Of a DNA stretch of 34,140 nt, positions 9,542 to 16,039 are shown piece by piece. The notes below the pieces were generated by a model, which was given only the letters and a program-made list of their open reading frames with translations, ran no database searches and had not been told where the DNA came from. Both the position numbers and the translations under genes were made by a program. Source of the DNA: an uncultured Draconibacterium sp. (lineage in GTDB: Bacteria; Bacteroidota; Bacteroidia; Bacteroidales; JAADGE01); contig CAZCPV010000002.1 in assembly GCA_964500765.1 (NCBI GenBank), positions 1 to 34,140 of the forward strand, in the 5' to 3' direction. Position 1 is the stretch's first letter. Each line of letters starts with the position of its first letter.

Positions 9542-11398
9542 TTAAATGTTAATTGCCGATTCATAAGCACTGTGTATAGCTTCTTGAGCTTTCCCCGGTT
9601 TTCGGGCATCTCCGATGATGTAAACAGGAATGTTTCCCGCTTTTTTAAACGGAACATAGCTTTTCATTCCTACGGCAACAACAATTTTGTCGATACCATT
9701 GATGTTTTTTTGTCCTTCGTTGCCTTCAAGAATTACGGTTTTCCCTTTGATTTCAACAACGGTATGTCCTGTTATAATTTTCGTTTTTTTCTCTTTTAAT
9801 TTTTTTATTGTTAAGGATTTTTCAATCATTTCCATTCCTCTTGCAATTTCATCAAGCATTTCGACAATATAAACTTTATTGTTGTTATCAACAAGTTTTG
9901 AAGCAATTTCAATTCCGATTAAGCCGCCGCCAATTACCAAAACATTTTTATTTACGGGTAAGTGTTCGTCTTCCAAAAATTCTGTCCAATAATATTCATT
10001 TAAACCTTTTATTCGGGGAATATTCGGAATTGCACCCGAAGCCATAATAATACCGTCGTAATTTTCGCTTAACAAATCGGGTTTCAGGGCTTCTTTTTTT
10101 ATAATATTGATATTTTTTTCGGAAATTTCTTTGATATAATAATCGATAATTCGTTTTAAACTTTGTTTGTGAGGCGGTAAATATGCTAAATTAAATTGCC
10201 CGCCGAGTGTATTTTTTTCGTACAAATCGACTTTATGTCCTCTTTCCGAAAGGGTAATTGCCGATTGCATCCCTGCCAAGCCGCCTCCGATAACGGCATA
10301 TTTTTTCGGTTTATCCGTTTTAGTTACTTTCAGTAAATTTGTATTAACCAGAGGATTAACAACACATCCCAAACCTTTGCCTTGTTTTACGCCTCCGAGG
10401 CATCCTTCGGCACAAGCCAAACACGGGCGGATAGTTCCTTCAACTTTATTTAAATATTTTCCGATAAAATTTTCGTCGGCAACTAATGCTCTTCCTACGG
10501 CAATATATTCTGCATTATACTTATCTTCAAGCAATTGAATATCTTCTTTTGTATTTATTTGTCCGACAAAAATAACCGGTATCGAAAGTTCTTTTTTTAT
10601 TTTTTCCGCCGTTTCCCAAGTTTTTCCTTTCGGGATAAACATGTGTTGAAAAAACCAAGGCGGAGTTGAACATACCGAACCGGCGGAAACATGAACGGCA
10701 TCAAATCCTATGGTTTCCAATTTTTCGGTAAATTTAATCATTTCTGGAATATGAAAACCGTTCGGAATTATTTCATCGCCGCTTATTCTTGCAATAAGGG
10801 GCACGTCAATTGCTTTTCTGACAGTTGTTGCAAGTTCGAGCGGAAATTTTATTCTGTTTTCAAAAGAACCTCCGTATTCGTCGGTTCTGTCGTTTACGGC
10901 GGGAGAAATAAATTGGGCAAGCAAATAACCGTGTCCGAATTGAATTTCAATCATGTCGAAGCCCGAAGCAACGGCTCTTTGTGCACTTTCAACGAACATA
11001 TCAATTACTTTATTCATCATTTTCCTGTTCATTTTTTCGGGAACTTTGCCTCCGTTTTCGCATGCTTTGTCGGTTGACGACCACCAATAATTGCCGGGTA
11101 TTTTCGGATTTGCCATTCTGCCGGGATGGTTTAAATGTGCAATTGATTTTGCACCGTTAGCGTAAATCAGATTGGTTAAATCTTTCAATCCGTGCATTTT
11201 ATCGTTGTTGTCAATACCCAATTGTGTGGGAATTTCACGTAAGCCGGCATCCATATATAAAGGTTCGATTGTAATTGCACCGATATGCTTACTTCGTACA
11301 TTATAAAAATCTATGTGTTTTTGGTTAACAAAACCCGGCTTGTCGCAATACCCGAGTTTTACGGGAGCCATTATAAATTTATTTCTTAATGTATTCAT
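9542..11398 (-). CDS. OYE/2,4-dienoyl-CoA-reductase-type oxidoreductase (FMN TIM barrel + [4Fe-4S] + FAD/NAD(P) domains)
   Basis: 618 aa. N-terminal old-yellow-enzyme-like barrel (IEIQFGHGYLLAQFISP), cluster motif CLACAEGCLGGVKQGKGLGC, and two dinucleotide folds (VIGGGLAGMQ, VIGGGLIGIE). Confidence 0.88.
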   Translation of the reverse strand: MNTLRNKFIMAPVKLGYCDKPGFVNQKHIDFYNVRSKHIGAITIEPLYMDAGLREIPTQLGIDNNDKMHGLKDLTNLIYANGAKSIAHLNHPGRMANPKIPGNYWWSSTDKACENGGKVPEKMNRKMMNKVIDMFVESAQRAVASGFDMIEIQFGHGYLLAQFISPAVNDRTDEYGGSFENRIKFPLELATTVRKAIDVPLIARISGDEIIPNGFHIPEMIKFTEKLETIGFDAVHVSAGSVCSTPPWFFQHMFIPKGKTWETAEKIKKELSIPVIFVGQINTKEDIQLLEDKYNAEYIAVGRALVADENFIGKYLNKVEGTIRPCLACAEGCLGGVKQGKGLGCVVNPLVNTNLLKVTKTDKPKKYAVIGGGLAGMQSAITLSERGHKVDLYEKNTLGGQFNLAYLPPHKQSLKRIIDYYIKEISEKNINIIKKEALKPDLLSENYDGIIMASGAIPNIPRIKGLNEYYWTEFLEDEHLPVNKNVLVIGGGLIGIEIASKLVDNNNKVYIVEMLDEIARGMEMIEKSLTIKKLKEKKTKIITGHTVVEIKGKTVILEGNEGQKNINGIDKIVVAVGMKSYVPFKKAGNIPVYIIGDARKPGKAQEAIHSAYESAINI

Positions 11399-11424
11399 TA
11401 TTAATTATTTAAAATTATATAAAA

Positions 11425-12459
11425 TTAAAAACCTGCTGATAAAACGGCAAATCCGAATAGTAAAGCAACAGAAATATTAATTAATTTAACGATTAGAAAT
11501 GCTTTTCTGTTTTCCGCCAACATGGGCAACATGCCGTGTCCGTCTTGTGAAATTGAGCTTGCAAGCAAAATACCGAAAGGGATATTTCCGGATGCAAATA
11601 ATGTAACAAAAATCAGATGCGGTCCGGATTCGGGGATAATTCCGATTAAAACGGCAATTAATAAAACAATATACATATTTTTTGACATCCAAGTTTCGAC
11701 ATCAATATAATTCATTAAAACAGCCATAAAAAACAGGGTTCCGAATGTCCATAAAAATATTTTTGGAAGATGTACTTTTACGACATGTTCCCAAAGATGT
11801 TTTTGTATAAAATGGTCGGGAACGCTGAAAACGATGAATAATGAAAATCCGGCAGTCAGTAAAAGGGTGATTTTTACCCATTCTTTTGAATTTTCGGCTA
11901 AAATTCCGGTTAAAATTCCGACTATTAATCCGGTTAATAAAATAAACAATACGATTCGGTGTAAAGACGGCTTTAACAGCTGTGGAAGAATAGTTTTTTT
12001 ATTAAAACAAACACATTTTTCTTCTTTATGCAGAGCAAATCCGAGTTTATTGTTTTTAAAAATAAATTTTTCGGGTTCAATGAATTTATCGGTCAGCCAA
12101 CCGGCAAAAATACCGATTAAAAAAATTATAAGCGTTAAAAAAGCAGCTTTTACGGGGAACATTGCAAACATTACAAATGCTTCATCGCCGCTTGTAGCAA
12201 TCATGGTTGCAACGATTGCTCCGAGCGATAACATTCTGTGTGTAAACATGGTAACGGCGGTAAATGCACCGAGGCAACCGGGAATTGCTCCGAGAAATGC
12301 GGAAAACAGATATTGTTTAAATTTGTTTGTCGAAATTGTTTTTCGCCATAACCCTTTTGTCTGAACATTGATGTATTCAATTGCAAGCATCATGGTAAAC
12401 ACAAATCCGGTAATAACCAAAGCGTGTTTAAATGTATTAAATAACTCCGAAAATATCAT
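11425..12459 (-). CDS. ~10-TM permease resembling the putative heavy-metal/arsenical exporter (ArsP_2-like) family
   Basis: 344 aa, highly hydrophobic. Motifs GAIPGCLGAF and IIPESGPHLIFVTLF...SQDGHGMLPMLA are as I remember them for this family. The family assignment needs an HMM check. Confidence 0.55.
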   Translation of the reverse strand: MIFSELFNTFKHALVITGFVFTMMLAIEYINVQTKGLWRKTISTNKFKQYLFSAFLGAIPGCLGAFTAVTMFTHRMLSLGAIVATMIATSGDEAFVMFAMFPVKAAFLTLIIFLIGIFAGWLTDKFIEPEKFIFKNNKLGFALHKEEKCVCFNKKTILPQLLKPSLHRIVLFILLTGLIVGILTGILAENSKEWVKITLLLTAGFSLFIVFSVPDHFIQKHLWEHVVKVHLPKIFLWTFGTLFFMAVLMNYIDVETWMSKNMYIVLLIAVLIGIIPESGPHLIFVTLFASGNIPFGILLASSISQDGHGMLPMLAENRKAFLIVKLINISVALLFGFAVLSAGF

Positions 12460-12540
12460 ATTTACAGTCTGTCTTTAAAATAAAACATTCTTGATAAACA
12501 GTCAGCGTATTAATTTTAAGTTGATATGTAACACAGATAT

Positions 12541-12858
12541 TTATTTTACGGGGTCCCAAATTACAAGAATTAAAGCACCTTTTTCCGATTTGAAAGGACC
12601 GTGTTCGTCGCCTTCCGAAAAAATTTGAAAAGAACCTTTCGGAATTTTTTTGCCGTTACTTTCGTATTCGCCTTCAAGCACAAAATGTTGCTCTGCGGTA
12701 ATATGAGAGTGCGGAGCCATATAAAATCCGGCAGGTAATTTTAATAAAACGGTTTTTGCTCCGTTGTCGTCTCTTAAAACTTTTCGCAAGGTTCCTTCGT
12801 AATATTCGTCGGCATTTTCCCAATTCAAATCATCATACAAATTCAGTAAATTTTTCAT
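12541..12858 (-). CDS. cupin-domain protein
   Basis: 105 aa. Motif PHSHITAEQHFVLEGEY...GDEHGPF is typical of a small single-domain cupin. A strong GGAGG lies 7 nt upstream of the ATG. Confidence 0.7.
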   Translation of the reverse strand: MKNLLNLYDDLNWENADEYYEGTLRKVLRDDNGAKTVLLKLPAGFYMAPHSHITAEQHFVLEGEYESNGKKIPKGSFQIFSEGDEHGPFKSEKGALILVIWDPVK

Positions 12859-12946
12859 AATAATTCCTCCTTTTTTTATGAATATATTTTAAACATATAC
12901 AAGTTACCGCATATTTTCATAATTCGGAAACAAAAATCGGATTATT

Positions 12947-13288
12947 TTAAGAAAATATGTTCAGTTCTCCTTGTTTATATGCTTCATAAGCTTGTTTTAC
13001 GGTCATTTCGCCTGCACCGGTAAATATTTTCAAACCTGCTTGTTTTAAAACGGTTGCGGCATTTCCTCCGGGTCCGTTTCCGGTAATTAATATATCGGCT
13101 TGTAAATCAAATAATTTTTGGGCGGTTTTGGGTCCTGCTCCGTGTGCTTCTTGTGTTGAATCGCTGTTATCAACATAATTTATTTTGTTTGTTTCATCGT
13201 CATAAACAAGAAAAAACTCGGTTCTTCCGAAACGCGGATCCATCATTGAGTCCCAATCTTTTCCTTTTGTAGTGAATGCAATTTTCAT
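12947..13288 (-). CDS. NifB/NifX/NafY-fold (orange-protein-like) protein, copy 1
   Basis: 113 aa. Sequence MKIAFTTKGKDWDSMMDPRFGRTEFFLVYD...AHGAGPKTAQKLFDLQADILITGNGPGGNA matches the dinitrogenase FeMo-cofactor-binding domain family. Confidence 0.85.
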   Translation of the reverse strand: MKIAFTTKGKDWDSMMDPRFGRTEFFLVYDDETNKINYVDNSDSTQEAHGAGPKTAQKLFDLQADILITGNGPGGNAATVLKQAGLKIFTGAGEMTVKQAYEAYKQGELNIFS

Positions 13289-13299
13289 TTTCAGTTATT

Positions 13300-14175
13300 T
13301 TAATTTATAATTTCAATTATTTTTTCCCAAGTATTTTTTATTGTTGTTTTACTTCTGCTGTCTATATATTCAACAACTGTTACACCTTCGGTCATTGCTT
13401 CGGTAAATATTTTATCATAAGGCAGCTTTGCAAGCTTATCAATATTTTCGGCAGATAAAAATTGCTCAATTTTATCGGAAACATTTTTATTTAAATCAAA
13501 TTTATTGATAATACAACCGGCTTTCAGGTTGAATTTTTTCACCAATTCGTACACTCGTTTTAAATCGTGCAAACCCGAAACGGTGGGTTCGGTAACCAAG
13601 ACAACGTAAGAAGCACCCGAAAGTGATGATACTACGGGGCAACCTACACCGGGCGAGCCGTCAACAATTATATATTTCTTATTTAATTTTTCGGCGAGCT
13701 CTTTGGCTTTATTTTTTACCTGTGCCACTAATTTTCCGGAATTATCGGCACCTGTTGCCAGTTTTGCATGAACCATTTTGCTGCCGGTTTTTATGTTTGA
13801 GATATACCAATTCCCGACATTCAAATCAATATTAAGAATTGTGTGGGTCGGGCAAATCTTGGAACAGTATCCGCAACCTTCGCAGTTTAAGGGATTTACA
13901 ATATATTTTTCGTTTACGATATCAATTGCATCGAATCGGCAAACATTTTTGCATTCGCCGCATTGAATGCAATCTTCTTGTTGAATAAGGGCAAGTTCGC
14001 CGCTGAAAAATTCTTCCGAAAATTCATAATCAGGATTCATAAGAATGTGCATGTCGGCAGCATCAACATCGCAATCGGCGACAATTACATCTTTTCCGCC
14101 CAACACTGCAAATGATGCGGTTACGGATGTTTTTCCCGTTCCGCCTTTTCCGGAAATAATTACGATTTCTTTCAT
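13300..14175 (-). CDS. MinD/ParA-type P-loop ATPase with inserted 2x[4Fe-4S] ferredoxin domain (B)
   Basis: Deviant Walker A SGKGGTGKTS. Two CxxCxxCxxxC motifs (CIQCGECKNVC, CEGCGYCSKICP). ATGA start/stop overlap with the upstream paralogue, and GGAGG 6 nt upstream of the ATG. Confidence 0.88.
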   Translation of the reverse strand: MKEIVIISGKGGTGKTSVTASFAVLGGKDVIVADCDVDAADMHILMNPDYEFSEEFFSGELALIQQEDCIQCGECKNVCRFDAIDIVNEKYIVNPLNCEGCGYCSKICPTHTILNIDLNVGNWYISNIKTGSKMVHAKLATGADNSGKLVAQVKNKAKELAEKLNKKYIIVDGSPGVGCPVVSSLSGASYVVLVTEPTVSGLHDLKRVYELVKKFNLKAGCIINKFDLNKNVSDKIEQFLSAENIDKLAKLPYDKIFTEAMTEGVTVVEYIDSRSKTTIKNTWEKIIEIIN

Positions 14176-15035
14176 TTCCTGCCTCCTTTCACTTCATTAA
14201 ACAAAAATTTTTTTATTTTTTTTAATTCTTCGGCAACTTCCGGTATTTTTTTATAAAGTAATTTTCCTTTTGAATATAATTCGGCAATTTCCCGTTTGTC
14301 CGGTATTTTTGCAATAATCGGTATATTTTGTTTTTCGCAAAATTGCTCGACTTTATTATTTCCTGTTCCGTATCGGTTTATTACGACACCGAATTTTTTA
14401 TTAAGTTCTTCGACTGTTTCAACGGCAAGTTTTAAATCGTTTAAGCCAAAAGGTGTCGGCTCGGTAATTAAAATAACGAAATCGGCATCTTTTACGGTTT
14501 CAATAACCGGGCAGGAGGTACCGGGCGGCGAATCGAAAATTTTGATATGATTTTTGAAATGAGCATTAACATATTGAATGGTTTGCTTGATTAAAGGAAC
14601 GGCTTGTTCTTCGCCTATAATCAAACGACTTTCGATAAAATCGAGTTTGTTAATTTTGAAATGCGATAAATCGCCGATTTTTTTCGAAATCATCGGCAAG
14701 GCATCGGTCGGGCACAATTCTGAACAGGCATAGCATGAATGACACAATTCCGGGAAAACCAAAATCATTGTTCCGAGTTGTATGACAGCATGGAAATTGC
14801 AGTTTTTTTGACATTCGCCGCAAAGTGTACAAGCATTTTTATTCCATTGCGGAATCATTTTAAATTTTTCTTCCTCTGAAATCAAATTGCCTTTCAAAAA
14901 TAGACCCGAATTGGGCTCTTCAACGTCTGAATCAACTAAAACAACATTATCGTTTTCGGCAAGGAAAGATGCCAAATTAGTCGATAATGTTGTTTTTCCC
15001 GTTCCTCCTTTACCGCTTGCTATGGCTATTGTCAT
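14172..15035 (-). CDS. MinD/ParA-type P-loop ATPase with inserted 2x[4Fe-4S] ferredoxin domain (A)
   Basis: Walker A SGKGGTGKTT. Ferredoxin motifs CTLCGECQKNC and CHSCYACSELCP. Confidence 0.88.
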   Translation of the reverse strand: MTIAIASGKGGTGKTTLSTNLASFLAENDNVVLVDSDVEEPNSGLFLKGNLISEEEKFKMIPQWNKNACTLCGECQKNCNFHAVIQLGTMILVFPELCHSCYACSELCPTDALPMISKKIGDLSHFKINKLDFIESRLIIGEEQAVPLIKQTIQYVNAHFKNHIKIFDSPPGTSCPVIETVKDADFVILITEPTPFGLNDLKLAVETVEELNKKFGVVINRYGTGNNKVEQFCEKQNIPIIAKIPDKREIAELYSKGKLLYKKIPEVAEELKKIKKFLFNEVKGGRK

Positions 15036-15111
15036 AAATTATTTATTTGAATAAAGCATATAAGTAATACTAAAGAATCTTAATAAATAACTGCATTTAA
15101 TATTTATTTTA

Positions 15112-15139
15112 TCACACAAATTTCACAGATTCTCACAGA
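15112..15139. repeat. CACAGA tandem-repeat motif, copy B (tcacacaaatttcacagattctcacaga)
   Basis: Three CACA(G/C)A units at ~10-nt spacing in the 198-nt gap upstream of MinD-Fd A. The first 21 nt match 6326..6346 at 18 of 21 positions. Confidence 0.5.
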
Positions 15140-15233
15140 AAAAATGTGTTCTTTTTATGAGTTAAGTATAAAAAGACTTTGCGGGTTTAAATCTGCCAAG
15201 ATTCAAAACTGTAATCCTCTGATATTAATTCAA

Positions 15234-15467
15234 TTATTTATTTTTGTTTAAAAGTTCTTCTCGAATCATTGTATGACCGCAGGCGGGACATTTTATTGTC
15301 GTACATTTTACGCCTTGTTGATGCGGGATTTTTTCGCCGCATTTTGCACAAACACAAAATCCGCCGGTTCCGAAAGCACCGCCGTTATTCCTTCCGTGTC
15401 CTTGCCCGCGTCCGAGACCTTTTCCTCCGCCTCGTCCGAGCCCTTTACCTGTTTGAAATATTCCCAT
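15234..15467 (-). CDS. small protein with a Gly/Arg-rich N-terminus and a C-terminal Cys-rich zinc-ribbon-like motif
   Basis: 77 aa. GKGLGRGGGKGLGRGQGHGRNNGG is followed by CVCAKCGEKIPHQQGVKCTTIKCPACGH. Coding status is supported by position in the cluster. Confidence 0.6.
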   Translation of the reverse strand: MGIFQTGKGLGRGGGKGLGRGQGHGRNNGGAFGTGGFCVCAKCGEKIPHQQGVKCTTIKCPACGHTMIREELLNKNK

Positions 15468-15507
15468 TTTTGTTCGATTTTAAGTTAAAACAATTAATAA
15501 AAAGTAA

Positions 15508-15539
15508 AATCATCGGATAAACAAATTTATCCGATGATT
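15508..15539 (-). terminator. perfect 14-bp stem / 4-nt loop hairpin; candidate leaky intrinsic terminator or attenuator after the DUF5320 gene
   Basis: aatcatcggataaa-caaa-tttatccgatgatt. On the minus-strand RNA it starts 7 nt after the TAG stop and is followed by UUACUUUUUAUU. Confidence 0.5.
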
Positions 15540-15546
15540 AAACAAA

Positions 15547-15840
15547 CTAACTTTCATCTTTCAGTTCAGAAAGTCGTTTTTCTAATGACACTAATTGATC
15601 TTTCAGGGTATTAATTTCGTTTTCAAGAATTGTTTTTTCGGAAACGTTTGTCAGTCCTTGGTTATGGAAACTTCCTGCATATCCGAAACCCCTTCCGAAG
15701 CCGTGTCCTCTTCCGAAGCCGGCTCCGAAACCTCTTCCTCGAAAAGTTCTTGTTTCGTCGGATACGCCGGCACAATACCCTAAGCGTCTTCCTGTCATTG
15801 CTCCTCTTCCGAGCGGTCCTGTTCTGTCAAATCCGGGCAT
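15547..15840 (-). CDS. DUF5320-like small protein (Gly/Arg-rich N-terminal region + C-terminal coiled coil)
   Basis: 97 aa. MPGFDRTGPLGRGAMTGRRLGYCAG... is the family N-terminus as I recall it. GRGFGAGFGRGHGFGRGFGY repeats follow, with a C-terminal heptad-like LENEINTLKDQLVSLEKRLSELK. GGAGG lies 5 nt upstream of the ATG. Confidence 0.72.
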   Translation of the reverse strand: MPGFDRTGPLGRGAMTGRRLGYCAGVSDETRTFRGRGFGAGFGRGHGFGRGFGYAGSFHNQGLTNVSEKTILENEINTLKDQLVSLEKRLSELKDES

Positions 15841-15937
15841 AATTACCTCCTTTTTAAATGATTAAAACTTAAGTTCATTTATTAAAAAATATAAAACATC
15901 ACTGATTAAATATAACAGTAAATCATTTTTTATACTG

Positions 15938-15945
15938 CAAATATA
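15938..15945 (-). promoter_or_regulatory. candidate -7 box (TATATTTG) for the DUF5320-led cluster
   Basis: Exact TAnnTTTG on the minus strand between the upstream terminator (16011..16036) and the ATG at 15840. This implies a ~90-nt leader. Confidence 0.35.
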
Positions 15946-16010
15946 ATGCACTTATGTTCATAATACAATTTTTTTTTATGTGTTTTACGACAGAAAAGGT
16001 ATTCGGGAAT

Positions 16011-16036
16011 AAAAAAGCCCGCTGAAGCGGGCTTTT
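16011..16036 (-). terminator. rho-independent terminator of the OmpA-family gene
   Basis: Minus-strand RNA is AAAAGCCCGC-UUCA-GCGGGCUUUU followed by UUAUU. It begins 3 nt after the TAA stop. Confidence 0.78.
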
Positions 16037-16039
16037 AAT

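Noticed and set aside
9532-9657. 42-codon N-terminal extension of the second NifX-fold ORF
   Set aside because: It would overlap the upstream reductase gene by 116 nt. The ATG at 9531 starts right at the conserved domain.
2975-12386. Long antisense ORFs inside real genes (e.g. 4703..5086 127 aa, 10691..11077 128 aa, 11834..12364 176 aa)
   Set aside because: They are shadow ORFs opposite strongly supported CDS (SNF2, OYE-type reductase, permease). AT-rich DNA with few stop codons in the antisense frame produces them, and they have no motifs.
12947-13288. Nitrogen-fixation locus (NifX/NifB-like names)
   Set aside because: No nifH, nifD, nifK, nifE, nifN, or full NifB radical SAM + NifX fusion is present. 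The NifX fold here fits the ORP-type context instead.
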